A stretch of DNA of 64,000 bases from the human T2T-CHM13v2.0 reference genome, Homo sapiens. Where the stretch lies: assembly GCF_009914755.1 (NCBI RefSeq), contig NC_060932.1. One strand, written 5' to 3'. Of the stretch, positions 1-14,490 are shown piece by piece. The number at the start of each line of letters is the position of its first letter. The first letter of the stretch is position 1. The translations under genes were made by a program, and so were the position numbers. The notes below the pieces were generated by a model. It was given only the letters and a program-made list of their open reading frames with translations. It searched no databases and had not been told where the DNA came from.

Positions 1-121
1 TAAAATATTTTTTCTTATTCTAAAATATTTTTAATTTTAATAAAAATTATTTCAATCTAAGCTTTAAAAATTTCTTGAATTATTTAAAGCACAGGCTTAC
101 AATTTTAAAAAAGTAGTTTAA

Positions 122-427
<306 letters not shown>

Positions 428-1481
428 CATTTTAAACTTTTCTTTCACATGTTTCAGATGATCTCTTCAAATGACTGGACAAAACCCCAGAAACCAAGTA
501 TAGCATATAAGTAAGTAAGGTTGACTTTTTAGTTAGAGAAAATTGAATTGGCCTACAAAAGACAGTGAGAAACAATGAAATTATTATATGAGAGATGTAT
601 GCATTTATATTGGTTGCCTGCATGCTCTCCTCCATGAAACTTCTTTCAAAGAGAAGGAAAGGTAAATGCTAGGAACAGGTGGCATCACCAGATACTTTTA
701 GGAGCCAGCTCACGTGATGTCTTGGCCTTTATGTTATAGGTAGGTAAACAAACTATATTGGAGGAAATGAGTTGAGAGAAGGAAAACAAAGATAAGTAAA
801 TCTTGATACCATATTTTTTCAGTTTCAGTGATAAATTTATGGGGATAAATATATAAGTTGAGAAGAAATCAAAACACTTCCAACTGGTTTTCAAATTAGA
901 ATTCATCATGAAGCCCAGTTCTTCAGAAGTGCTTCTGAAATGAGAAAAAAAATGACAAAATTATTCATTTTGTAGTAGAGAATGGATAAACCATGGATCA
1001 TCTGTGCATATATCAAATGGTGTATATATTACATTGTCTGTATATTATAAGAACACAAAATATAAATTGATATGAGAGTTTTTCTGAAAATTGGCTAACC
1101 ATGTTAATGGATCTCTGAACTCTTATTATTACTATATTTAACAATTTACCCTATATTATTATATTTGGACAAAGTAAGTTCAAAGCAGTAGAACTGACTG
1201 TCAGAATTCTAACATTTTATACAGTGTGTCACAATTGCTCTCAGGAAAGCAATGCAGGGTTTTGACAATATGACTTAAATTTACCTGCCCTTTTCCCCAT
1301 CAATATCACACATGTGAAGGTCAAGGAAGCCCAGGAGCTCCAGGGGGGTTATAAAATTGTCCACAGCAACTCAAATATATGAAGATTAAAATGATGAGGA
1401 AACTAATATGATTTCCATGTGAAAGAGTAAGTGGGATAACATGAAAAATCAAAAGACCCCAAAATGTTGAGGATGAGAGTA

Positions 1482-2283
1482 CAGGTTAAGTGTCATTTAT
1501 CTGAAATGCTTGGGCTCAGAAGTGTTTCAAATTATTGATTTTTTTCTTCAGATTCTGGAATATTTGCACCTATATAATGAAATATCTTGGAGGTGGGACC
1601 CAAGTCTGAACACAAAATTTATTAGTTTTACATACACATCATACACATAGCCTGAAGGTAAAATTATACGACATTTTAAAATAATTTGGTGCATGAAACA
1701 AAGTTTTTATGCTTTAAACCACCAGAAAGCAACGGTGTCACTATCTCAGGGCCCCATGTGGACAATGTGTGTTTATTCAACACCACCATCATTCTTGACT
1801 CTAAATTTACATACTACCCATAAGAAATCATTTTCTTGCGCTTATTCACTCAAAATTACTTAACAGTGAAAAATAGGACACACCATTAAAACAGTGAAGA
1901 AATAATGTGTTTAGGGTAACCAGGCCACACAATAACATGACCAGAATACCTGGATCAACTGTTAAACTGCAGCAACAAACAATGGCAGGTTTTCAGTCTC
2001 TACCTACGGCACTGTGTTTTGATGAAAAGGTTACCATACACTGGATTTTAACTTTTAGGTGAGAAGACACATAGAAGCAATTAAAGGACCAAAAAGTGGG
2101 TCTTCTAGCAATGGGGAGGCATTCTGAATAGCTGTGAATTGTGCACCTGTGTTTCCACCAGGACCCTGCCACATGAGATGAGGTGTGGGATTTTCCACTT
2201 GTGGTGTCATGCCGGCACTTGAACATTTTCAAATTTTGAACCATTTCAGATTTCGAATGTTTGGATTAGAGATGCTCAACCTG
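1482..2283 (-). mobile_element. Tigger4/MER46 (Zombi) non-autonomous TcMar-Tigger DNA transposon
   Basis: Ends CAGGTTAAGTG... and ...GATGCTCAACCTG are inverted termini, flanked by TA at 1480-1481 and 2284-2285. The reverse strand matches the remembered Tigger4/MER46 start (CAGGTTGAGCATC...GTGGAAAAT.CCACACCT). Confidence 0.85.
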
Positions 2284-2327
2284 TATACAATATTGGAGAA
2301 AAAAATAAAATTAGATTATAGATCATT

Positions 2328-3279
2328 AATAATGATTTTCATTATATTTTAGACCTGCTTGTAAGCCTTTACTGTCAATTAAGATGAGGTAAAAATCCAC
2401 TTTAAATTGAAAACGTGCAAAATTGGTGATTTCTATTATGAAAAGTATCTGTTATAAAATTATATGTGATTCTTACAATCCTATTTAATCACATACACCT
2501 TATAGTTATTTATAATATGTGAAATATATGCCAAACTATACCTTATTATTTCAATGACACATATTAGTCATAATTCAAAGGGACAGGCATCCCCTCAAGT
2601 CTTATAGAAATAAGGATTTTGCATATAAAGATGCATATGTACACAGGTTAAACATCTTTGCCAAGCATTTTTGCATAGAAACAACTATCTAGTACTTTGT
2701 AAATAATATTGCATCATTTTACTTTATATATGTTTCCTTTTTTTTGCCTAGCATTTATGAAATGGCAAAATTTTAAAGCAAGGAAATAATTATTTGCATA
2801 AACTAAAACTCAAAACATACACTTATCAATTTAATACTAATAGAAAAGTAGTAACAAATTATCATTAAAATTTTGTAAATTAATACCGATGCTTAAATAA
2901 GTATAGCCAAATTTCCTCCACCTGCTTTACATGCTGAAAAGCACTAACTCCCTTGAGAGGCCTGTAACTAATTTACCCAACAAATATTTTTTGTATCGAT
3001 TCACAAACAATTTGTCTTTACATATTTTAAATTTGTCTTTAATAGTTTAAAAGCTTACAGATTTGACGGTGAACACAGGAACATTTGTCTTTTTAAAAAG
3101 AACACTTTCCCTCTTTAATAGCTGGAGCATCATGTTGTTTAGAGATAAACATAACAATTTTAATTTTTCCATAGAGCAATTTTTATACTAGGTTCACAAG
3201 TTTCATGGCATTGTATTTTTATAATATTCGAATGCTGTAACTTAAAATAGTTTTTAAAAGAGGAAAAGATAAATCTTTT
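2328..3279 (+). repeat. Left arm of a ~950-bp long inverted repeat (partner 20267-21219)
   Basis: Colinear by hand with the reverse complement of 20267-21219. Perfect blocks include 2415-2453 = rc(21092-21130), 39 bp, and 3115-3152 = rc(20394-20431), 38 bp. Confidence 0.97.
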
Positions 3280-4811
3280 AGATTATAAAATACAGCATCT
3301 AACTGCAAAGTTGGAAATCTCCCCTAAGCTGATTTATGGAAAAGGTAAGTTTATCTTGAGGTGCACAGTCTATTACATAGGGCTATGCATACTGAGAAAA
3401 GACGTTCATCAATGGACATTGTATGAGGCTTTGTTAGCATTATAATATTTTGGAACATTGGATGTAAAGTAACTTTAATGGGTTTTCCTAGCAGATTTTT
3501 GCTTGCAACTTTGTACTTGGCTTTAAGATGATTATTTAGGCATTAATGAATGCTTACAAACAGCCAATTTCTTTTCTCCTTTGAAATACCAAAAACACAT
3601 GGAGTATAATGAATGTCTAGATTGTAACCCACGTTATTCCACATACAGAAAAGGATATCAAATAGTGATCTCAGATAGTGTTCCATTGTTTTTATATACT
3701 GTGGGAAAAAATATGACTTAAACTCAGTAATTTGTAATTATAAATCACACTTCCAAATGAAAATGTTTTAATTTTATTTTTAGTTTTTCAGTTGTATAGA
3801 TAAAATATGGTCTTTTATTAATAACAACTTATGTTTTATATTTTAGAATTTGCTAAAATTCAATATAATAAAACTCAATTTAGAAAAATTCAATCTTCTT
3901 GCATTCTTTTAATTCTCCATTTTAAACAGCTTTTGTAATCCAGGTTAGATAAACTCATTTGATATATAGTTACTTAGTTCCTATTTTGTTAAAGGCATGC
4001 AGAAAAATAATTGCTAACTAGAAATTTTACTAATTCTTTAAAAAATTATATTAGCTTAGCAAAAAAATTAGAAAGTTTCATGATTCAATTCAAAAGAAGA
4101 AAACCACATTAATGGCATCCATGAGTTTTTCACTTATTTTAGAATCAAAATATATTGTGGTTATGACTTAATACTTAAAATGATACTGAAACATATTAGC
4201 ATTGAAATTTTCTCAGAGTAAACCAGTGTTATTGCCTGTGAATAATGTTGTGATTTCAGGTATAAGAAGAATATGATATGACACAGACCATCTGAGCCTA
4301 ACCTTTCTTGACTCATCCTTGCCAAAAAAAAAAAAAAAAAAAAAGTCAGGAAAACACAGAAGCTGCTTTTAAAAATCTTTTTAGTCACAATTTACCCTCC
4401 CGCTAAGCTCATCTTTTAAAATAATAGTTTCTACATCTTATTTTTGTTTTTATGTCATCTCAGCATTTTGTATTGCATAGCTTTGTCTACCTGCTTTTGA
4501 CAAAAAAACAATTGAGAGGGATCGTTAATGGATTTACTCATACACAAATAGTACTAATGATTTGTATTTGAAAAATAATTTGAATTAGTCACAAAACTTA
4601 AATGTCATTATTCTTTAAAAAAGAATGGAGACAAAAGGCAAGAGATGTTCTAATTGATAATTACAATTACATTAAACTTTGTTTATGGACAGGAACAGGA
4701 AAAAATATAAAACATAAAAGCGGATGCAAGTTTGGTAGAAGCTTGGGTAAAGTTTGTGCTTAATTTGGATTAAAAATTATATTTATGTAATAAAACATCT
4801 TACCAACATTA

Positions 4812-5148
<337 letters not shown>

Positions 5149-5194
5149 TTAAACTCTAACAATTCATAAAGGCTTGTCTTTTAAATTTTCCTTA

Positions 5195-6200
5195 TAATTT
5201 TAGTAAGGTACATTTCACACACTATAAAATTAATCAATTTTAAGTATGTAGTTCAGCGGCTTATAGTATAGTCACAGAGTTGTGCAACCATCCCCATAAT
5301 CTAATTTTAGAACGTTTTCATCACCCTAAAAGAAAATTCTATGGGCATTAGGAGTCATTCTCCGTTCCCACTCTTCTTTACCTTTCCTCCCGTGACAATA
5401 ACTGATCTATTTTCTGTAGATTTGCAATTAAAATTAGGTATTTCACTTATAAAGGGAATCATATAATACATGTTTTTTTTTTTGGTGAGTGTCTTTTTTA
5501 CTTAGCTTAATGCCTTATAAGTTTATCTGTGTTATAGCATGCAGCGGTACTTCTATTTATTACTAAATAATATGTCATCGTATTAATATACTATACCTTG
5601 TTTATTAATTCACCAGTAGAGAAAGCATGGGTTATCTCTACTTTTTGGCTAAAATGAACAATGCTGCTATGAAAATTCATGCACAAGTTTTCCATAGACA
5701 TATGCTTTCATTTCTCTTGGGCACTTGGAGTGAAATTGCTGAGTCATATGTAACGCTATATTTAACATTTTGATGGACTAAAAAACCCTTTTCCAAAGCA
5801 GTAGCACCATTTTCTATTCCTACCAACAATGTATGTGGGCTCCAATTTCTCTGCTTTGTAAACACTTGTTATTATCTTATTTTATCCTTCTTAGTATGTG
5901 GGAAATGGTATTTCATTGTGGTTTTGATTTGCATTTCATGATGACTAATGAGTTAGGCATCCTTTCATGTATTTACTGATAATTTGTATACCTTTGTTAA
6001 AGTATAAATTCAAATTCTTTGCCTATTTTTAATTGGGTTATTTGTCTTTCCATTGTTGAGTTGGAAGTGTTGTTGACATATTCGCGTGCTAATCCTCTCT
6101 CAGATAAATGATTGACAGATATTTGTTCCCATTTTGTAGGTTGTATTTCACTATTGTTTTATTTGCCAGACAAACATTTTTAATTTTAATAAAGTCTAAC
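5195..6200 (-). mobile_element. Old L1 (L1MB-like) 3' fragment
   Basis: Typical antisense L1M 3'UTR/ORF2-end motifs (TTGTGCAACCATC...TTTTCATCACCC; CATTGTGGTTTTGATTTGCATTTC). Boundaries approximate. Confidence 0.85.
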
Positions 6201-8044
6201 TGAATGTTTAGATATTAGGATCACAGTTTAAATTGGAATGATATTTTCCAATAAATAAACTAAGATTTTAAAGAATTTTCTCTTAGTATTCTTTTGTAGG
6301 AAGTTAATTACAAATGTTAGGCCTTTGCACACACTTCTAAATTGTACCATCATAATTATTATTTTCTTCAGATTAGGAGACTTGTATTCAGAATCTAATA
6401 AAAGCCACAAAAATAAATTCCCGAAAAAATGCATGCATAATCGTGCATACAAAATGGTGCCTATGTTATGACACCCCCTAATAAGAGTTTTTAGAACAGA
6501 AGATGGAACTCTGGCTGCATGGAAGCTATTGCTGCCAGATCCCATCTTCTTCTCTATAGATGATGAAATCAATTTTGAAAAGCTTCCGGATCATTGAATA
6601 GATATATTCTGCTGAATTGCAGAGAAAGTACTTTATGCAGTGAAAATTTAGCTACTTTTACCATAGGCGCCTTGCCTTTTAGTTGTACTTCTTGTTTACA
6701 CTTTCGTTTTGATTCCCTGACACTTCTGCATAATTACATTAATGCCTTTGTTTCATATAGAACTAAACGTCTTGCCATCTCAATGCCAAAAACTTGAAAT
6801 TCTTCGTCTAGAGAATGTTTGTCAAAATGAGATTGGACCCTGGTAATACTTTGTTGCCTGTGCATTTTGCTGTGCCTCTTAGATTTAAAAATATTTTTTT
6901 CTTGAAAAGAGCAGTATACAAATATCAGGTTAATGGAAATTCACATCACTGGGGACCATCAGGATCAATAAAGAAGGAGAGTGACAAAAACAAAGGCCTT
7001 GGGAATCACAGTTTACCTTGGTAATAATTGCAGAGTGTTGATAGAATGATCATGATGAACTGAAACAATCATTGACATAAAAGTGAAAACTATCAATCAA
7101 ATGTTAGCGCGTTAGCAAGTTTTTTATCGAGTTCCTATGTTGTCAGTGTTCTCATAGGTAATTTTCCTTGATGATAGTCAGAATCTTACAGCTCTCTGAA
7201 ATGTATGGAGAAATCCAAATTCTGAAGCACCATAATAATATAAACCTGCTTTTTATTAGGACTTTGCATTATAGATATAGATATTTGTAATATGAATTTT
7301 TCTCACTTTACTTAATCTTATTCTGGGACCATACTTGAATGATTAATTGAGAAACAGAGGCAGGAGATTGTAGAATTAATGAAGACAAGAACCTCAATAA
7401 ATATATGTATAGTGTATATATATATATATTTATATAAATTTAAAGGCTTTCAATAATTTTTATTTTGTAATCACTGTAATGTAAGTTTTTAAACTTGAGA
7501 AGAAAGACTCAGTGAACATGAAAACAGGTCCATGTAAAGCATAGAATATAACAAACTCAACAGAATCTGAATGACCCCTGAAACAATATGCTAGCATAAT
7601 TGGAGCTCCAGAGGGAAAGGGGAGAAGCAATAGGAAGGAATATAGGCCTATTTCTTAAAGAAAAGATCGACACTACCAACCCCTATTTCCAAGAAGCACA
7701 AAGCGTACCAACAGGATAAACCCAGAGAAAAATACACCTAAGCACATCATACTCAAACAGCTGGCAACAAAAAAAGAGAATATATTAAATACAGCCGGAA
7801 AGAAAACACCCATTATATGCTGGAGAAAAGATGATTCGAATGAAGGCTGACTTCTCAGAAGAGACCAGAGACAACAGAATATTGTTTAAAATACTGAAAG
7901 AAAAAAAATCAGCCTTTAAATATGTAGCCAATAAAAAAACTGAGTGAATGTATTGCAAGCAGGCATGTAATATGAAAAATACTATACTAGGAAAAGTTCT
8001 TCAAGATGGAAGAGAATGGTAGTAGCTGGAAACTGAGAATCACC

Positions 8045-8650
8045 CTCAAAGACCTAAAGACAGAAATACCTACTCATCCCAGCCATCTCATTACTGTATA
8101 TATAACCAAAGGATATAAATTGTTCCATTATAAAGACACATGCACACGTATGTTCGTTGAAGCACTACTCACAATAGCAAAGACATGGAATCCACCTAAA
8201 TGCCCATTAAAATAGATTGAATAAAGAAATTATGGTACATATACACTATGGAATACTACGCAGCCATAAAAAGGAATGAGATAATATCCTTTGCAGTGAA
8301 AATGGAGCTGGAGGCCATTATCCTTAGCAAACTTATGGAGAAACAGAAAACCAAGGACTGCATGTTCTCACTTATAAGTGAAAACTAAATAATGAAAACA
8401 CATGGACACATAGAGGGGAACAGTACACACTGGGGCCTACAGGGGTGGCGAGTGGAAGGAAGGAAAGGATCAAGAAAAATAACTAATGGGTACTAGGCTT
8501 AATATTTGGGTACTAGGCTTAATATTTGGGTACTAGGCTTAATATTTGGGTGATGAAATAATCTGTACAATTAACCCCTAGGACACAAGTTTACCTATGT
8601 AACAAGCCTGCACATGACTTAAAATTAAAAAATAAAAATAAAAAAAGAAA
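8045..8650 (+). mobile_element. L1PA13-16-like 3' end
   Basis: AAAGACACATGCACACGTATGTTC...GGGTACTAGGCTTAATA..GGGTGATGAAATAATCTGTACA followed by an A-tail; short AATCAC duplication at both flanks. Confidence 0.85.
8487..8551 (+). repeat. Perfect 20-bp tandem triplication (TGGGTACTAGGCTTAATATT)x3
   Basis: Read directly from the sequence, inside the L1PA 3'UTR. Confidence 0.97.
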
Positions 8651-10479
8651 AATCACATGAAGGAAAGAGTAGCATCAAAAATTAAAGATATGTGAGTAAA
8701 TATAAAAAGCTGTTATTTTCTCTTAAATATATATATTTCTTAAAATTGAATTAACTGTTAATAGCATAAATATTAATACATTGTAAGGGTTATAACAAAT
8801 GTAGAAGTGAAATATATGATAACAATTGACAAAAGATGGAGTAAATAGACCTATTCTCTTGTAAGTTTCATATATTACATGTGACTTAATAAAATATTAA
8901 TTCTAAATAGTCTGCCATATGTTGTTAGCATATTTAAAGTCATTAAGAAAACAATGTAACTGAGAAGTATAGCTAAAAATACAAAAAATAGATGTAATAA
9001 GCTACTAAAAGGTAAAAGTTAAGAAAAGAATAAGAGAACAAACAAGAAATAGAACAAATTTAAAAACAAATAGCAGGTTAGTAGATTTACATTCAATCAC
9101 ATTAATAGTTATATTAAATGTGAATGAATGAAACACTCAGGCTAAAACAGATTGTGTCAGACTGGATAAAGAGCAGCTTCAAATTATATACTGTCTTAAA
9201 AAGACTCATGTTAAATATAAAAACAAATCTAGACTAAATTTAAAAGATGGAAAACAATATACAATACAAAAATCTTATGGAAATCAGACACATAAAACTA
9301 CAAGTCTTTATAGTTTTATTTATATGGATTTTAAAAATAAGGAAAACAAATTATTTTGATAGAACAACTGTTGTCTCTGGTAGGAGTGGGGGACTTACTG
9401 TAAAGCAACACAGGAAACTTTCTTGGACAACTCAAGGATATTCTATACATTGATGGAAGTTGTGGCTACACAGATATACACATTTGTCAAAATTCACAGA
9501 AGTGCACATTTAGGATCTGTGCTATTACTGCAGATAAATGCACTTCAATTAGTAAAAGTATAAGAGCATAAACAAGGAATTGTATGCAATGAATGCAATA
9601 AAAAGAGCAGCAATATTTTCTTAAAATCCACAATAAATTTACATGTTTCTGAAAACAGAAATATTAATAGAAAAGTGTGAGGCAATCATCAAAGGACATA
9701 AATTAAATTAGGTATGAATCAAGAATCAGAGAAGTGTCTCTTCTACCTTATTTTTTTAAGTAAATATAAGTTAGATGAAACCACAAGAAATTCATAATAG
9801 AGGAAATCTGTTAGGAAAAACCTAAAGTGAGAAAAAATATAAATAAATTCAATTACAAATTATCTGAAAATATGTTTCAATTCACATAAAATACCTGAAT
9901 ATTAACTACATTTAGTTGTCCAAACATGTGAAAAGCATAGCCTATAATAGAAGATCAAAAATTGATAAGGAATATCTCTTAATTCTAAAATTATTTTAAA
10001 ATAGTGTCTAAGTAAATAATTACTGTAATTGGGCAGGTCACAAATTATACATTTCTAAAATAACTAGAAGTAAAAGCTAATATATTACTGAATGCTAATT
10101 ACTAATATGTAGTACTAATATTTCTGATAACTGTTAGCAAGTTGCTATTCCTTTTTATATTCTTCTTTGAATAAATGAAGTACGGAAGTAATATATTTCA
10201 TGAAAGACAATTTAAAAATATCAGCAATGCAAATATCATAAAACAAAATTACCCTTTATCATATCTTTTGAATGTATATTTTTTAGATTTGTAAAAGTAA
10301 CAAAAATTTAATTGCAAAATAATTGCAATTAAGTTTTTAGATTTTTTCAAATCTAAAAAATATACTTTCGAAATATGCTTATATCTCACAGAATTCATCT
10401 CACACTTTTTAATCCTCGTTCTTCAGTAAATGAAAACTTAACCTCTGTATTTTTTAGAGGACAGTGATTACCCCCTTTT

Positions 10480-10905
10480 TACTCCACATGACTCCAGTGG
10501 ATAAAATCCCATCCCTTTGGCCTCAAGGGCTGACACATGATTAAAACTATGAATTGAAAATTTCCCTAGATACTCCCTGGGGAATATTTTTAACCTTCCA
10601 TGGGATATGACTCCAGGGAAGAAAATTCTTGCCTTGATGTTTGCTAAGCCAGCTGATATAAACTTGGAGTTTCTGTGAACATCCCTGGACTGCCTGGAAA
10701 AAATGCCATCTGCCAACATGCCAAGCAAAACAGCTGAGAGAAGGGCAAAGGGTAGAAAGAATCTTGATGATGTTTAGTAAGTTCTGAACTCATCCCTATG
10801 TTTTCTATTCTATGAATCCTTCATCTCATTTTTTTGTTACTGTTTAATTAGGCATATTTGAATTGGGTTCCTATCATTTGCCACTGGAAGAGTCCTGACT
10901 GCCAC
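10480..10905 (+). mobile_element. MaLR LTR (MLT1J/K-like)
   Basis: The 3' end TTTGAATTGGGTTCCTATCATTTGCCACTGGAAGAGTCCTGACT resembles the MLT1J/K terminus. Confidence 0.65.
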
Positions 10906-10913
10906 AATATCAC

Positions 10914-11110
10914 TGGAAAGAATCAGGTGACCTGAGTTCAATGTCAGTCTATCTCTCCCTCCTAGCAGAGCAACAGGGGAGGACAATTCAGTCAAATTTG
11001 CTACTTCTATTTTCCTTTCTGCTATAGTGGATTAATGTGAGGATTAATATAATGCTTAGCACAGTGCTGGAAAAATAGTAAATACCCAATAAATGTTCAT
11101 TTATATTATT
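10914..11110 (+). mobile_element. MIR SINE
   Basis: GACCTGAGTTCAA...GTGAGGATTAA...GCTTAGCACAGTGCTGG...TAGTAAATACCCAATAAATGTT. Confidence 0.8.
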
Positions 11111-12591
11111 AACTTTATCATACCAGTATCTTACCATTATTTCAGGCATGATGTAGTATTTTAAAAGTTAATTCGACCATAATTTGAACAAGTGTTGTGC
11201 TTCATGATAATAAATACACATGTTTTAGACGATACATGTTACTGCCTCTTATTTTAAACTTTCCTCTCTATTCATCATATAAACATTCTAGGAATCTTGA
11301 AATCTACTATTCTAGACATGAAGAGACATCCTCTACCCTCTCCTTGTTGATATTTTGTACATTTATGTACCCACATATATCCACATATATCCATATCTGT
11401 CAATGCATCAAAACTACAAATATGAATACAGTAACTATTAACATTTAAATTAAAGCCCTTACTCTAGTCTGTAGCTCTGGAATTTTATGTTTTAAAAACT
11501 GATGTTAAAATACACAGGTTCCATTTTCTTAGATATTTGATATTGTGTAAATATCAAATTTTATATTGCATAAATATCAGATTACTGTATCTTAAAAATT
11601 AGATAAGTATTGTATAAAACAAGGCCACTACTAAAACAAATGTATCATTGGCAATTTACATGTAATTATGAAACCACAAACTCATTGTAAAAGGATATAA
11701 AATTATGATCAATGACCTAAAAACTTTGTCTTTAAAGTTATCATGCTTCTAAAACTACCTGATCTTAATTATTTAAGGCAATAAACTTGCTAGTTGACTA
11801 TTGAAAGTGTACACATGTAAGTAGCACAATATATGCAACATTTATACCAAAAGAAATATGAGCAATTTCATTTAATTACAATTCTGATTTTTGCATTTCC
11901 ATCTGTTGTCTTATAGTAAATAAATTACTACTTACAGTAATTTATTTTTTTAACCAATGATGTAACTTAGTACAGTCTCTTCAGTATAAATTGCAAGACT
12001 CAAATTTTGGACATATCTGTGAAATATGAAATCATTCTATGTGCTCTTAGGCACTAATGGTGCCATATTATTTGTGTGAAATGTATTTTCTAAGCATTTT
12101 GTTAAATATGATACTCTTTTGATATGCAAATGGAAGAAGTGAGAACTCCATATGGAAATTAATGATGAACAAGTGGTATTCTTGTTTGCACTGTATTCTG
12201 AGGCTATGGTAAGGCACACTTTATTTTTGGATATGGAAAAATTGTGTTTTACCAATGTCAAAATGAGATCCCATAGATCAAGACTATTACAGAATAGGGT
12301 ATACTAGAAAGCAACCAGGATTAATGTAAAGATCAAATCGGAGGAAAGAATATACAATGACTGTTTTCAACATGAGAATGAATGTAGAACATTTTGCCTC
12401 ATCTTTTGAAAATTCTGAGAGAACTATTTTATGGAAAAAAATGTATTGAAGGACACAGCAAGCACTTCAAGTTGTCCCCCCAAAAAAGACATAGTTGGAT
12501 TTTGTAATGGTAAAAGACTACCTTCAATGACTAATTTCTGAGCTGTCTTGTTAGTTTTCTTTGTTTACTTGATCATTTATTTTTAAATAGA

Positions 12592-12805
12592 AACTAGCAT
12601 TCAGTGAGTAGCTACTATGTGTGAGCTTCTACATGAGCAGGGATACCAGCATGCCTCACAAATTATTACATCCAATTCACTCAGGTATGGGAATACTTTT
12701 ACTCCCCCTATTTTGCAGATGGACAAGTTTTGAGAAGTCAAGAAATGTGTCCAAAATCAGATATCTGGTTAAATGACAGACACATGGCAAATATGAATAA
12801 CTTCA
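12592..12805 (-). mobile_element. MIR SINE
   Basis: Reverse MIR core CCCCTATTTTGCAGATGGACAAG...GTCCAAAATC. Confidence 0.65.
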
Positions 12806-12817
12806 GTTTCTGTGGGC

Positions 12818-13122
12818 TTTTTTGTTTGTTTGAGGCAAGGTCTTCCTCTGTAGCCCAGGTTGGAGTGTAGTAACACAATCACTGCACAGTGTAGTCTCAA
12901 CCTCCTGGGCTCAGGTGACCCTCCCGCTTCAGCCTCCTGACTAGCTGAGACTGCAGGCACGCGTCACCATGCCTGGCTAAGTTTTTTTTGTTTTGTTTTG
13001 TTTTGTTTTTTTATAGTGACAGGGTCTCACTATGTTGCCCAAGTTGGTCTCAAACTCCTGGTGATAAGTGATCCTCTTGCCTCAGCCTCCCAAAGTGCTG
13101 GTGTGAGCCACTGTGCCAAGCC
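12818..13122 (-). mobile_element. AluJ SINE
   Basis: Divergent reverse Alu with J-type features (CTCCTGGGCTCAGGTGA, GGGTCTCACTATGTTGCCC). Confidence 0.95.
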
Positions 13123-13679
13123 TTCAGTATAAATTTTAACTACAAGAAGCTGTTCCTGCTTATCCAGGAATGTTTATGTATATGTGTTTATAAGAAAAGC
13201 AGTCTTTTAGATTTTTCAAAGAAACAAAAGTTGCAAATTATTTTAAGGGAGCATCCTTAATTAAATTAAATTTATATAATATGATATTAAATTGGACAAA
13301 ATATCTTTAATTATCATTTTCAGCTCAGATATGTGCATAAAAATCTGGGTCTGTTGTCTACATCATTAGTTTGGATTATTCCTTTTAACCTTATATTTTC
13401 AAGTATACATGAATTTCATTTTGCATTGTCTTTCATACATTAAAAATTAATAATAAATGATTCATTTATTATTTTAAAAAAGCTCATTCAATGATATGGT
13501 TTAACTCTCATTTGATTATCAAATTTCTTAATCTAAAATCTTTATTCTGATTATTATTGGGCAGTTTCATAATTCTAATGAAACATATTATTGAACTATG
13601 CTAATAAATAATACTACTTTGAAAATGATGTCTAAAACATCAATTTGAATTGTGGAACTCTTCCTAGGCCTATAGTGAG

Positions 13680-13830
13680 TAGTAAGTATTATATAGCACT
13701 GAATAGTATAAATTCTGGAATCAGAAAGATTATAACATAGAAATAGGAGTGACCTTCTGTAAATGACTGAACCATCTTTGACTCTTGGTTCTTTCATCTG
13801 CAAATGGCACAATACCTTTTGCGAGGAGTA
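13680..13830 (+). mobile_element. MIR fragment
   Basis: TCTGGAATCAGA...GTGACCTT...TTTCATCTGCAAATGG core. Confidence 0.6.
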
Positions 13831-13879
13831 ATCAAGTAGCATGAGATTGGCAGAACCTTCTTGTTTTTCAACAACTATC

Positions 13880-14490
13880 ATATCTCAGACTTTCTAACTT
13901 AGTAATACAATGTCCAGATTTAACCAGCCACATAGACACATAGTCAATGCCTCCTTTGCAGTCATGCATGGCCACGCTACTATGGTCTACGCAATGAAAT
14001 ATCTATAGTTGTAATGTATACAGCTTCAGGTCTTGTCATAATAGAAAGTAGAGTGCCCTCCCCTTCTCTTGTTCCCTTTTCTGCTTGTAGGGACTGCAGG
14101 TCTTGGATCATAAAGTAGAATCTCTGGATTGGGAACAGAAGCAAAGAGCTAGTAACTTGGAGCCCTCCCTCTATAAAGACACCATATCCACACAGAGTAT
14201 TATGTAAGTCAAGAAAAATTCTCAAATTTTAAATTGTGTACAACTTATCTGAGTATCTTGTAGAAATTCAAAATTTGATTCGAAAGATCTTGGTGGGAAC
14301 TGAATACTGCATTTCTAAGAAGCTCTCAGAAAGTGCTTATGTTGCTGATCCAAGGACTCAACATTGAATATTAAGAATGTAAGACATTTACTCACAGTCT
14401 GTTATACATGTGAGAGAGAAAAAGCTATCTTGCCTAAATCATTTTTATTTTGGTCTTTGTTATAGTGGAGAACTTGAATACCAAACACTA
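13880..14490 (+). mobile_element. MaLR LTR (MLT1G/H-like) with an inserted MER5 (~14212-14372)
   Basis: MLT1 end GTGAGAGAGAAAAAGCTATCTTG...TTTTGGTCTTTGTTATAG. MER5 motif CTGCATTTCTAAGAAGCTCTCAG...TGTTGCTGATCCAAGGACTCAAC. Confidence 0.6.

Larger units (their letters stand above)
7495..9552 (+). mobile_element. Degenerate L1M (L1MC/MD-like) ORF1 to 3' end fragments, interrupted by a younger L1PA
   Basis: A-rich ORF1-like motifs (ATAATTGGAGCTCCAGA, CACCTAAGCACATCATA, GCTGACTTCTCA) and an L1M 3'-end motif (ACATTTGTCAAAATTCACAG). Confidence 0.75.

Noticed and set aside
4324-4344. Orphan poly(A) tract as the tail of a processed pseudogene
   Set aside because: No adjacent polyadenylation signal, TSD or recognisable upstream transcript.
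6228-6572. 114-aa ORF with GCHNIGTILYARL as a GPCR TM7-like motif
   Set aside because: No NPxxY, no other transmembrane pattern and no ATG start; the resemblance is superficial.
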